A stretch of DNA of 64,000 nt from the NCBI GenBank assembly GCA_964657625.1, contig CAZZVN010000008.1:4639-68638 (forward strand), in the 5' to 3' direction. This DNA comes from an uncultured Steroidobacteraceae bacterium. GTDB lineage: Bacteria; Pseudomonadota; Gammaproteobacteria; Steroidobacterales; Steroidobacteraceae. Position 1 is the stretch's first letter. Every line of letters starts with the position of its first letter. Below, piece by piece: positions 7,966 through 16,882 of this stretch. A program made the translations under genes and the position numbers. The notes under the pieces were generated by a model. That model made no database searches and was not told where the DNA came from. It saw nothing but the letters and a program-made list of their open reading frames with translations.

Positions 7966-9035
7966 GCGATATGTCCGCGAGCTGCGAAGTCGGCTGGTTC
8001 GCGGCGCTGTGCGACGACGACTACGAGTTCCTGGGCGTACCGGACGCCGGCCTGCGCTCGAGCTACACCCACTGCCGCGACATCACATTGAGCGCCGAAG
8101 CCGGCGGCTTGGACAACATCCTGCTGCCTTCGGGCTATGCGTTGGGAATCGACACCATCGCCTTCGCCGCGGCCATGGCGCCTCTGCTCAAATCGATCAA
8201 GCTGCTCGCCGCCATCCGCTGCGGCGAGATGTGGCCCCCGCAGCAGGCGCGCCAGCTGGCGACGCTCGGTCAGATGCTGAACGGCCGGCTGAGCGTCAAC
8301 ATCATCTCGAGCGATCTGCCGGGTGAGTCGCTGGCCAGCGAGCCGCGTTATCGGCGCACCCTCGAATGCATGACGGTGCTGCGCGAGGTGCTTGCCGGCA
8401 GGCCGGTGGATGTCGCGGGAGAGTTCTATCGGTTGCAGCTGGACCCACCGCGTATCGCGACCGGCAGCGGCGGCGTGCCGTTGTTTTACTTCGGCGGCCT
8501 GTCGGAACCGGCGCGCGACACGGCTGCGCGCGCCACGGACGTCTACCTGATGTGGCCGGACCGCATGGAGGCGGTGCGGGAACTCATCGCCGACATGAGG
8601 TCGCGCGCCGCGCGCTACGGCCGGTCGCTCAAGTTCGGCTATCGGGTGCACGTAATTGTGCGCGACACCGAGGCTGCGGCGCGCGCTGCGGCGCGACGCA
8701 TGCTGTCGAAGCTCGACGCGGCCACCGGCGCGGCGATCCGTGGCAAGTCGTTGGACAGCCGCTCGCAGGGTGTTCTGCGTCAGCTCGAGCTGCGCGAGGG
8801 CGCCGACGAGGACGGCTATGCGGAGGAGAATCTGTGGACCGGGATCGGACGGGCGCGGTCGGGGTGTGGTGCGGCCATCGTCGGCGATCCGGATCAGGTG
8901 CTCGCAAAACTGCGTGCCTACCAGGCGCTCGGCATCGACGCGTTCATCCTCTCGGGATATCCGCATGCCGCCGAGTGCGATATGTTCGCGCGCCACGTGC
9001 TGCCGCGCATGCAGCATGCGGCTCTGCACGCTTGA
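7962..9035 (+). CDS. LLM-class flavin-dependent monooxygenase, SsuD (alkanesulfonate monooxygenase)-like
   Basis: It aligns by eye along its length with SsuD-type proteins: LNGRLSVNIISSD, PLFYFGGLSEPARD, LKFGYRVHVIVRDTEAAARAAA, NLWTGIGRARSGCGAAIVGDPDQV, YQALGIDAFILSGYPH. ATG 7962 overlaps the AKR stop. Confidence 0.85.
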   Translation: MSDMSASCEVGWFAALCDDDYEFLGVPDAGLRSSYTHCRDITLSAEAGGLDNILLPSGYALGIDTIAFAAAMAPLLKSIKLLAAIRCGEMWPPQQARQLATLGQMLNGRLSVNIISSDLPGESLASEPRYRRTLECMTVLREVLAGRPVDVAGEFYRLQLDPPRIATGSGGVPLFYFGGLSEPARDTAARATDVYLMWPDRMEAVRELIADMRSRAARYGRSLKFGYRVHVIVRDTEAAARAAARRMLSKLDAATGAAIRGKSLDSRSQGVLRQLELREGADEDGYAEENLWTGIGRARSGCGAAIVGDPDQVLAKLRAYQALGIDAFILSGYPHAAECDMFARHVLPRMQHAALHA

Positions 9036-10102
9036 GTAGCGCGCCGGGGCCGGCGCTCCAGCCGGACGACCGCTATCGCACGCTCGCACGGCTCGTGCAG
9101 GGTTACGTGTTCGAAGCGCGGCTCACGGCCGACGGGCAGGTCGAGTTCACCTGGGCCGACGATCAGTTTGCCGATATCTTCGGCTGCGAGCGCGACGAGG
9201 TGAATCGTCGGGGGTGGCGCAGCTTCATCGATCCGCGGGATGAGGCGCAGGCCTCAAGATGTCTGGCCGAGGTGGCGGCGGGCACCACCACCGCCCTGGA
9301 ACTGCGGGTGGTGAGCGCCACGGGGCAGCGGCGCTGGCTGCGGATGGCCGCCGAGCCCATCCGCGAGCCGCAGTCGGGACGGGTGACCGGTGTGATCGGC
9401 ATGGCGGAAGACATCACCCAGCGTAAGGTGTTGATGGAACAGATGTTCGAGTCGGTCAACCGCGAGCAGCGCAGGATCGGCAACGACCTGCACGACGAAC
9501 TCGGCCAGGTTTTGACCGGAGCAAGTCTCCTGCTGCGTGCTTGCCACACGAATGTGATTCGCGGCGTCGGGGTCACCGCCTGCGACCTCGATCGGGTGAT
9601 GCACATCATCGCCGGTGCCATCGAGAGTACGCGTCTGCTGGCGCACGGGCTCGCGCCCGGAACACTCGATGGTGGGTGCCTCACGTCCGCGCTCGAGAAC
9701 CTGGCATCGCACGCACGGCGGTGGGCGGGCCTCGAAATCCTCTTCACGCCGAGCCCGGATCATTTCGGCGGTCTCGACGCCTCGACCTCCGATCATCTCT
9801 ACCGGATCGCACAAGAGGCAATCACCAATATCGCCCGTCATGCGCACGCCGCCAGGGCGGAGATTGCCACCCGGGTCGCCGACGACGAACTCGTCATCGA
9901 TGTCAGCGACGATGGCATCGGCATCGCCGATCGCGTCACCCAGGGCTTCGGTCTGCGTACCATGCGATACCGCGCGCAGACCATCGGTGCGCAGCTGTCG
10001 GTCACGGAGGTGTCCCCGCACGGTACGCGGGTGTCGGTCCGGCTGCCGCTGCGTTCGGCGCTCGCGGTGCCGCGCGAGCCGCCGCCCGAGCAGCCGCGCT
10101 GA
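9032..10102 (+). CDS. Soluble PAS sensor histidine kinase (HisKA_3/NarX-type)
   Basis: PAS (FTWADDQFADIFGCERDEV...RWLRMAAEPIRE...GMAEDITQRK). H-box IGNDLHDELGQVL. ATPase blocks ITNIARHAHA, DDGIGI, GFGLRTMRYRA. No TM segment. There is no in-frame ATG near the 5' end; TTG 9032 (overlapping the LLM stop) is my best guess at the start. Confidence 0.8.
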   Translation: MSSAPGPALQPDDRYRTLARLVQGYVFEARLTADGQVEFTWADDQFADIFGCERDEVNRRGWRSFIDPRDEAQASRCLAEVAAGTTTALELRVVSATGQRRWLRMAAEPIREPQSGRVTGVIGMAEDITQRKVLMEQMFESVNREQRRIGNDLHDELGQVLTGASLLLRACHTNVIRGVGVTACDLDRVMHIIAGAIESTRLLAHGLAPGTLDGGCLTSALENLASHARRWAGLEILFTPSPDHFGGLDASTSDHLYRIAQEAITNIARHAHAARAEIATRVADDELVIDVSDDGIGIADRVTQGFGLRTMRYRAQTIGAQLSVTEVSPHGTRVSVRLPLRSALAVPREPPPEQPR

Positions 10103-10340
10103 CGTCGAGAGCTTAAGGCGTCTTAAGAGTCGTCGGGCGGCGCAATCGGTGTTGCCCACCCGATGTCGTTTTAACGAGTGCTTTCAAACGCTTGGAGCCG
10201 GACCGGCACACCGAGGGATGTTCCCTCCGAGTCTTGGGTTTTTCAACGTGCTGTCACATTGAAACCGTACCTTTGCTGCACAGCGAAGCACTCACAAAGT
10301 CGGCATGCGCGTCCGGCTAGAAGCTTCTTGGGGATGCGAT

Positions 10341-12992
10341 ATGTGGATACGAAGTTCCGGTGCGGCCGTGGTGGCCGTGCTTTTGTATGGCGCAGCCAAT
10401 GCAAGCGCCGACACGGCGCCGCCGGATGCCGGGCAGGCCACCGACATCGGCCGCGTGAGCACGGGCACCGCCGGCGAGCAGAGCGATCAGCAAATCGTCC
10501 CGAACTCTACGATCAATCGCGCCGACGCCATCGAAATGAAAAAACAGGCGCCGAATCTCATCGAGGTTCAGCCGTTGAGCGAGATCATCAAATTGCCGGA
10601 CGTGAACACGGCGGAGGCATTGGGCAGGATGCCCGGCGTATCGCTCGAGACCGACAGCGGTGAAGGGCGTTTCATCAGCATACGAGGCCTGGATTCCGAT
10701 CTTAACGGCACCACCTACGGCGGGGTACGCCTGCCCGCGTCGAATCCGTCCTCTCCGTTCGGTGGTGGCCGCGCGGTCGCTTTCGATACGATTCCTACGG
10801 GAATCATCGGCGGGGTGGAACTGACCAAAACCTTGCAGCCCGACATGGACGCCGAGGCCCTTGGCGGGTCGGTCAACCTGGTGCCGCGGACCGGGGCGGA
10901 GCACGGCGGCGCGCCCTTCCTGGACGCGGACTTCGGTTCCGGCTACGAACCGTTGCGAAGGACCCCCGTGTATCACGGGGAAGTGAGCCTGGGCCGTGGC
11001 TTCGACGGCGGGGACGGCATCGGCGGGCTGTTCGGCGGCGCCAATGCATTGAGCGCAGTCGTCACCGCCGTCTACCATGAAGACTCGCGGGGCATCGACG
11101 ATGTGGAAGAAAGCTATACCGATCAACAATCGAGCGGCGTTCCCGACAAAGTGTTGAGCGATCTGCAGTTTCGCCGTTACGAGTATCATCGTAAACGGTA
11201 TGGAGCGGCGGCCAATGTCGATGCCCGGGCGAGCGAGTCCACCAGCCTGTATGTGCGTTTCCTCTATTCGGGATACCTCGAGACGGCCAACAAACACTAC
11301 CTGGTGTTAAAGGATCTCGATTCGGATACCGGCTGCACCCCGTTGCCCAGCTGTATTCAGGACCCCAACAATCCGAACGGATTCGTGGCCTCCGCTGCCA
11401 CGCTTCAGCAGAAAACGACGGATTCCACCGAACGCATTCAAAACAGCCTGGGAGTCGTCGGCGGCAGCAGCGTGTTCAGCGCGTTCAAGCTCGACTACCA
11501 CGCCTCGTTTGCGCTGGGTACCGACCGCGTCTCCACGACCTACGGTAGTACCTGGAGCGACCCGAATTCCGTGGCCGTCGCCTACAACAACACCGATCCG
11601 CGTTACCCCCGGATCAGCACGCTGGACGGCACGAATCCCGCCAACCCCGCCAACTACACCTTGGACGACATCAGCCTGGGTCAATCCTACGCGCACGACG
11701 GCGAGACCTCCGCGGTGCTGGATGCCACCATTCCCTTGCCGGGCGCCGACAGCGGGCAGCTGAAAGTCGGCATCTCGGTGCGCGAACGGCATAGAACGAA
11801 CGAGTCCACCTCGCCGGAGTTTTCGCCGAACGGCACGGTCTCTCTGGCCTCGGCCACGTACGGCCCCGGCACGGTCTACTACAACAACAACTACGCCATC
11901 GGTCCCGAGATCAGCCTGGTGTCGGTGCGCAACCTCGCCAATGGCACGCTCGGTACCATCAGCGACGATGCGGCAGCCGATGCATCGGGGAACACCGACG
12001 ATCGCGAAAATGTCTTCGCGGAATATGCCCAGTACTCGGACACCTTCGGGAATCTCGGCCTGCTGGCGGGAGTCCGCGTGGAATCGACCCGCGCCACCTA
12101 TCGAGGCAACCTCTACAACAGCGATACCGACGTCAACACGCCGGCCACGCAGAAGAGCGCCTATACGGACGTATTTCCTACCTTGCAGGCGCGATTCAAG
12201 GTGCTCGACAACCTGATCGCGCGGGCCACCTATTCCACCGGCATCGCCCGGCCGGGGTTTCAACAGGTCACGCCGGGCGCCTCGTTCAGCATCGCCGATG
12301 CCGCCGTCACCGTGGGGAATCCGGCGTTAAAGCCCACCCTCGGTCAGAACCTCGACGCCACCCTCGAATGGTATCCGGGAGACGGCCAGATAGCATCGGC
12401 CGGTGTTTTCTATAAATGGTTCCACGACTACATTCTCCTTTCGCAGCAAATCGAGTCGAGCTACCCGTTGCCCGGGCTCGAGGGGACGATCACCACCGTG
12501 CAGAGCTACAGCAACGGCCCCGCGCACGCGGACGGCATCGAGGGTCAATATCAACGGCAATTCAAAATGCTGGCGGCACCCTTCGACGGGTTCGGCCTCA
12601 CCGGCAACTTCACCCTGGTGGATTCGAAGGCGGAGATTCACCCGGGAATCACCGGCCTGCTGCCGTCCACCGCCAAAGTGACCTGGAATGCGGCTGCGTT
12701 CTATGAGAAAGATCCCGTGCAAGTGCGCCTGGGAGCCGGGTATGTGGGACAGAGCCTCTTTGCCTTCGGCAGCACCACCGGCGACTCCCTCGACGTCTAT
12801 TCACGCCATCGCACCACTCTCGATCTGGGTGCGAGCTACAAGATCGCACCCTCGGTCAAACTGTATTTCGATGCGAAGAATCTTTTGAACACGCCGCTGG
12901 AGTTCACGGAAGGCCGCAGCGACAGCCGGCCAATCCAACGCGAATTCTACGGGGTCACGTTGCTGGCCGGCGTTCGCATGAGCTTTTTCTGA
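10341..12992 (+). CDS. TonB-dependent outer-membrane receptor
   Basis: Signal MWIRSSGAAVVAVLLYGAANASA. Plug NLIEVQPLSEIIKLPDVNTAEALGRMPGVSLETDSGEGRFISIRGLDSDLN. Barrel ending ...LLAGVRMSFF. The ORF is open from 10305; I chose ATG 10341. Confidence 0.9.
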   Translation: MWIRSSGAAVVAVLLYGAANASADTAPPDAGQATDIGRVSTGTAGEQSDQQIVPNSTINRADAIEMKKQAPNLIEVQPLSEIIKLPDVNTAEALGRMPGVSLETDSGEGRFISIRGLDSDLNGTTYGGVRLPASNPSSPFGGGRAVAFDTIPTGIIGGVELTKTLQPDMDAEALGGSVNLVPRTGAEHGGAPFLDADFGSGYEPLRRTPVYHGEVSLGRGFDGGDGIGGLFGGANALSAVVTAVYHEDSRGIDDVEESYTDQQSSGVPDKVLSDLQFRRYEYHRKRYGAAANVDARASESTSLYVRFLYSGYLETANKHYLVLKDLDSDTGCTPLPSCIQDPNNPNGFVASAATLQQKTTDSTERIQNSLGVVGGSSVFSAFKLDYHASFALGTDRVSTTYGSTWSDPNSVAVAYNNTDPRYPRISTLDGTNPANPANYTLDDISLGQSYAHDGETSAVLDATIPLPGADSGQLKVGISVRERHRTNESTSPEFSPNGTVSLASATYGPGTVYYNNNYAIGPEISLVSVRNLANGTLGTISDDAAADASGNTDDRENVFAEYAQYSDTFGNLGLLAGVRVESTRATYRGNLYNSDTDVNTPATQKSAYTDVFPTLQARFKVLDNLIARATYSTGIARPGFQQVTPGASFSIADAAVTVGNPALKPTLGQNLDATLEWYPGDGQIASAGVFYKWFHDYILLSQQIESSYPLPGLEGTITTVQSYSNGPAHADGIEGQYQRQFKMLAAPFDGFGLTGNFTLVDSKAEIHPGITGLLPSTAKVTWNAAAFYEKDPVQVRLGAGYVGQSLFAFGSTTGDSLDVYSRHRTTLDLGASYKIAPSVKLYFDAKNLLNTPLEFTEGRSDSRPIQREFYGVTLLAGVRMSFF

Positions 12993-13003
12993 GGGGCCCA
13001 CGC

Positions 13004-14131
13004 ATGATGAAAGTTCGCAACCGCATGGCCGCTGCGTTAGCCGCCGTGGCGGCCATGGGTCCGGTGACGGCAGCTCATTGCGCCGACGCGCCCACCGCCG
13101 TGCCGCGATATGACCATGTCTTCCTTATCATCGAGGAGAATCGAAGTTACGTCGAAATCATCGGCGAGCAGTCGATCTCCCCGAACATAAACCGTCTGGC
13201 CCGTGAATACGGACTGGCAACTCAGTTCTACGCCGAAGTGCATCCCAGCGAAGGGAATTACGTGGCCATGCTGGGGGGGGACACCTTCGGGATCCATGAC
13301 GACGATGCCTTCTATTGCAAACCGCACAGCAACGACCCCTACTGTCCCGGCTCGGGCAAGCCGGGATATGTGGATCACACCGTGTCGCAGCGCAGTCTGG
13401 TCGATCAGTTGGAGGAGCGGGGCTTGAGCTGGAAGGGGTACATGGAAAGCATCCCTGCGGCAGGATCCGGCGTGGCCCGCTGGCCCGCGCGTGACCAGCC
13501 GGGCGTTCCGGCGGAAATATATGCAGTCAAGCACAACGGCTTCATGACCTTTCGCCGCGTGCAGGACGATCCGCAGCGGGCCCAGAAAATCGTCGGCTTC
13601 GACACGCTCTACGCTGATCTCGCCGCGGGCAGGATGCCCAACTACGCGCACATAGTGCCCAATCAGTGCAATGAAATGCATGGCCGGGAGGACGGTCCGC
13701 AGACGCCCGAGGATTGCCGTAAATCGAACACCGCCGGTTTGATAAAGCGCGGCGACAGAGTGGTCGGGGAACTGGTGGACAAAATAATGCACTCCAGCGT
13801 GTGGCAAGAAAGGGAAAACGTCGCCATCGTCATTACTTTCGACGAGAACGGCAAGGCCGAGCGCAATCAGGGGCCCCAGGGCTGCTGCGGGTACGATCCC
13901 GCCAGCGCCGCCGGTTTCGGCGGGGGCCGAATACCCACCATCGTCATCAGCAATCACGGCGCGCGTGGCGTCGTCGATCCGACCCCCTACAACCACTATT
14001 CCTTGTTGCGAACCACGGAAGCGGCGTTCGGGATCGATGAATATCTGGGGCACGCCGCCGATCGGGAGGCCGGCGTGGTGAACATGACGTCCTTGTTTGC
14101 CGTACGGGCCGGCGCCGGACCCGGCCCATGA
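13004..14131 (+). CDS. Secreted phosphoesterase-family protein (AcpA acid phosphatase / non-haemolytic phospholipase C family)
   Basis: Signal MMKVRNRMAAALAAVAAMGPVTAAHCADA. YDHVFLIIEENRSYVEIIG...HPSEGNYVAMLGGDTFG...AIVITFDENG matches the Phosphoesterase family. It starts 11 nt after the receptor stop, and its stop overlaps the exbD ATG. Confidence 0.8.
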   Translation: MMKVRNRMAAALAAVAAMGPVTAAHCADAPTAVPRYDHVFLIIEENRSYVEIIGEQSISPNINRLAREYGLATQFYAEVHPSEGNYVAMLGGDTFGIHDDDAFYCKPHSNDPYCPGSGKPGYVDHTVSQRSLVDQLEERGLSWKGYMESIPAAGSGVARWPARDQPGVPAEIYAVKHNGFMTFRRVQDDPQRAQKIVGFDTLYADLAAGRMPNYAHIVPNQCNEMHGREDGPQTPEDCRKSNTAGLIKRGDRVVGELVDKIMHSSVWQERENVAIVITFDENGKAERNQGPQGCCGYDPASAAGFGGGRIPTIVISNHGARGVVDPTPYNHYSLLRTTEAAFGIDEYLGHAADREAGVVNMTSLFAVRAGAGPGP

Positions 14132-14532
14132 GGACGTGGCCGTCGCGGCCCTACAAGCCCGTCCGCATCGAAGTCATTCCGATGATCGACGTGATGATGT
14201 TCCTGCTCGTGTTCTTCGTGTTGATCAGCATCCACGTCCTCCCCTCGCTGGGTCTCAAAGTGGCACTCCCGCAATCGAGCGCAGCCACTCACATCGAAGA
14301 ACCGCGTCGCGTGACGCTCACGCTCACGAAGGAGGGCGGGGTGTACCTGGACGGCAATGCGGTAACCGTCGAGGAATTGCCGATGTTGCTGCAAAACTTG
14401 AATTCGCAATCCAAGATCGCGGTGATCATAGCGGGGGACCAGGCCAGTCAGCTACAGGCGCTGGTCGATGTTCTCGGGGCGCTGCAAAAGGGCGGGGTGT
14501 CGGCAACGGCAATCACGACCAGGTCGAAGTAG
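14128..14532 (+). CDS. exbD: ExbD/TolR-family biopolymer transport protein
   Basis: 134 aa. IEVIPMIDVMMFLLVFFVLI TM segment followed by a periplasmic domain (VTLTLTKEGGVYLDGNAVTVEEL). ATGA overlap with the phosphoesterase gene. Confidence 0.9.
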   Translation: MRTWPSRPYKPVRIEVIPMIDVMMFLLVFFVLISIHVLPSLGLKVALPQSSAATHIEEPRRVTLTLTKEGGVYLDGNAVTVEELPMLLQNLNSQSKIAVIIAGDQASQLQALVDVLGALQKGGVSATAITTRSK

Positions 14533-14560
14533 TCCTTTGTCGCGGCCTGCTCCGGAGACG

Positions 14561-15214
14561 GTGAGTCACAGTCTGGCGTTTGCCCTGACCGTGGTGGTCG
14601 CTGCGTTTTGGCTTGCCACCGCGCATCCTGCGATAACACCCACCCTTGCTGCCCCACAGACCATCGCGGTTGCACTGACGCCGACACCGTCCGCGCCCGA
14701 CCCGTCCCCGCCGGCACCGTCCCCGCCGGAGCCGCGGCCGCCGTTGCGCGAACCACCCAAAGTGCCGCGTCCCGTCCTGCATCGCGAACCTCCAAATTCC
14801 CCAGCAGCACCCCTCATGGCAGCCGCAGTCTCCGCACCGGCAGAGCTCCCGGCCGCACAAGATGGGCAGCCCGGCGCCGCAGCCAACGTCCCACCGTCCG
14901 TCAGCACGCCTTCAGGAACCGTCGATGCCCAGTACGCTTCGACACTGCGCAGCAACATCGACTCGCGCACCACTGCGCCCAAATCGGTGGAATATCGACT
15001 GCTGAAACCGCATGGGGAGGTGCGCGTCAATTTCATGCTCGATCGATCCGGCAGGATGCTCTCCGCCGTGCTCGCGCGCAGCTCAGGCTCCGCCCTGCTC
15101 GATCATCACGCGTTGGAAATCGTCCAGGAGGGACATTATCCGCCGTTTCCCGGTGATGCATTTCCGGGCGAATCCAGTCATTCATTCCTAGTCACACTCG
15201 AGTTCCACGCATGA
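14561..15214 (+). CDS. tonB: TonB-family energy transducer
   Basis: N-terminal TM SHSLAFALTVVVAAFWLA. Pro-rich spacer PTPSAPDPSPPAPSPPEPRPPLREPPKVPRP. C-terminal TonB domain (GEVRVNFMLDRSGRMLSAVLARSSGSALLDHHALEIV). I chose start GTG 14561 (GGAGA upstream); TTG 14537 and ATG 14468 are alternatives. Confidence 0.8.
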   Translation: MSHSLAFALTVVVAAFWLATAHPAITPTLAAPQTIAVALTPTPSAPDPSPPAPSPPEPRPPLREPPKVPRPVLHREPPNSPAAPLMAAAVSAPAELPAAQDGQPGAAANVPPSVSTPSGTVDAQYASTLRSNIDSRTTAPKSVEYRLLKPHGEVRVNFMLDRSGRMLSAVLARSSGSALLDHHALEIVQEGHYPPFPGDAFPGESSHSFLVTLEFHA

Positions 15215-15804
15215 ATTTTCCGTTTTACCACGCCCTGGCGTTCGATTTTCTGTACGCGTTTGCCGCTCTGCTCGTTTTTGTCATCGTCGAACGAGCTTTT
15301 TATCTTTCTTACGTGAGTCTCAAAGTGCGCGCCATCGCCCGCAGTGTCCGCGCCAGCGACGCCACGCTGCCGATGACCTTGCTGGGCGCCCGGCCGGGTG
15401 ACCCGATCACACGGGCGGTCATCCGCTATTCTGAACTCGCCGCCTCGCGCGGCGTGACCCGCGGCCAGCTCGAAGATTTCTCGGCCGCCCTCTACATCGA
15501 CGTGGATAAGAAGATCAGTGCCCGGCTATGGGTGCTCGACACGATCGTCACGGGCGCGCCCCTGCTCGGGTTGTTGGGAACCATTCTGGGAATCATGCAG
15601 ACATTTACCGCGCTTTCGCAGGGCGGGATCTCCGATCCCGCCGAGGTCAGCCGAGGGATCGGCCTTGCGCTCACCGCGACGGCGTGTGGCATCGCCACGG
15701 CCCTGCTCGGGCTGCTCGGGCACAACATCCTCAATCGAAGGGCACAACTGCTCACGGAGGATTTCAAGTTCTTCGTACTGCGGTTGACGCCGACGTTGGT
15801 CTAG
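15211..15804 (+). CDS. exbB: MotA/TolQ/ExbB-family proton channel
   Basis: 197 aa. APLLGLLGTILGIMQTF...GIGLALTATACGIATALLGLLGHN is the conserved ExbB/TolQ core. ATGA overlap with tonB. Confidence 0.9.
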   Translation: MNFPFYHALAFDFLYAFAALLVFVIVERAFYLSYVSLKVRAIARSVRASDATLPMTLLGARPGDPITRAVIRYSELAASRGVTRGQLEDFSAALYIDVDKKISARLWVLDTIVTGAPLLGLLGTILGIMQTFTALSQGGISDPAEVSRGIGLALTATACGIATALLGLLGHNILNRRAQLLTEDFKFFVLRLTPTLV

Positions 15805-16814
15805 GGCGCTCGTGAGGAAGCGACCACCAACACGACGAATGCGCCCGGAACGATCGAGCCCTGCGGGTCGTCTTTCGGGCCGGAGGCGGGGAGGTATAGC
15901 TTGTGTGACACGCCGTCCAAGGCGATGGTCTTCGCCCCCGGTGCCGTCTTGACGGTCTGCGCAACGGCGAAATGATCCGGATCAGTCTCATGCACGATGG
16001 TCAAGGTGCCATCGCCATTGGAGCTGAAGGCATCTTCACGCTCTGCGTCGAACGCCGCGCCGTCCGCATGCGCACCGATCGGCAGGGTGGCGATCATCTT
16101 GCCGGTGACGGTATCGAGAATCGTCATGGTGGCGTTCGCACACACGGAAAAGCTTCGGTGATGGATCCTGTCGAGCGCGAGCCCCGTGGGTCCGTCGCAA
16201 CCGGGGAGGCGCCAGCGGGCGTTCACCTTGCGCTGCCGGACGTCCAGGGCGACGAGCTCGTTCTTGTTTTCGATGTTCACGAAAATGGTGCCGCCGGCAT
16301 CGCTTTGCGCGAACTCAGGTCCGCCACCGAGGCCGATCGTGGCGACGACCGCCGACGTGCGTGCGTCGATGACGCTGACATCGCTGCTGTGTCCGTTGAA
16401 GGCAAAGATCTGGTGAGACGGCGGGTCGTACAGAATGGCATCGGGCTTCGATCCTACCGGGATGGTCGCGACGACCTGAAGGGTGTTCAAGTCGAACACC
16501 TTGACCTCATTGGACTTGCCGGCGCTTATGTAGCCGCGGCCGAGATCCGCGGCAACGGCGATGCCGTGCACCCCCTGAGTATCGGCAATGTCGCCCACCA
16601 CCTGTCCGTCGGTGGTATTGACCACCATGACATGGGTATCTCGGGACAGGTACAGCCGTCGAGAGACGGGATCGACGCTCAAGTAATCCCACTTCCCTGC
16701 GCCACCGACCGTGAATTTGTCGATGACCCCATAGGTTTGGGCGTGAGCGGCGTGCGCGCCCAGGGTGATGGCGAAGAGGCACAAGGCAAGATGTGGGCGG
16801 TGCATGGTAGACAT
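15801..16814 (-). CDS. Secreted YVTN/YncE-like seven-bladed beta-propeller protein
   Basis: Signal HLALCLFAITLGAHAAHA. Repeated blade pattern (..RLYLSRDTHVMVVNTTDGQVVGDI..GYISAGKSNEVKVFDLNTLQVVATIPVGSKPDAILYDP..VSVIDARTSAVVATI..). Start is ATG 16814 or 16805. Its stop codon overlaps the exbB stop within CTAG. Confidence 0.75.
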   Translation of the reverse strand: MSTMHRPHLALCLFAITLGAHAAHAQTYGVIDKFTVGGAGKWDYLSVDPVSRRLYLSRDTHVMVVNTTDGQVVGDIADTQGVHGIAVAADLGRGYISAGKSNEVKVFDLNTLQVVATIPVGSKPDAILYDPPSHQIFAFNGHSSDVSVIDARTSAVVATIGLGGGPEFAQSDAGGTIFVNIENKNELVALDVRQRKVNARWRLPGCDGPTGLALDRIHHRSFSVCANATMTILDTVTGKMIATLPIGAHADGAAFDAEREDAFSSNGDGTLTIVHETDPDHFAVAQTVKTAPGAKTIALDGVSHKLYLPASGPKDDPQGSIVPGAFVVLVVASSRAP

Positions 16815-16882
16815 CCCGTGGCGGTGGACAGACACGCATGCTGGCAGCTGGAAATTAAATTGGAGTTAAGAGAACCGCCCGG

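Noticed and set aside
10112-10127. CTTAAG-GCGT-CTTAAG motif after the PAS kinase gene.
   Set aside because: It is only a 6-bp self-complementary hexamer repeated twice. The flanks do not extend the pairing and there is no U-tract. That is too weak to call a terminator or operator.
10251-10275. Possible Pho box upstream of the receptor/phosphoesterase operon (CTGTCAC at 10251-10257).
   Set aside because: Only one 7-bp half-site matches CTGTCAT. The expected second repeat 11 bp downstream (AAACCGT) does not match, so I cannot support a PhoB site from sequence alone.
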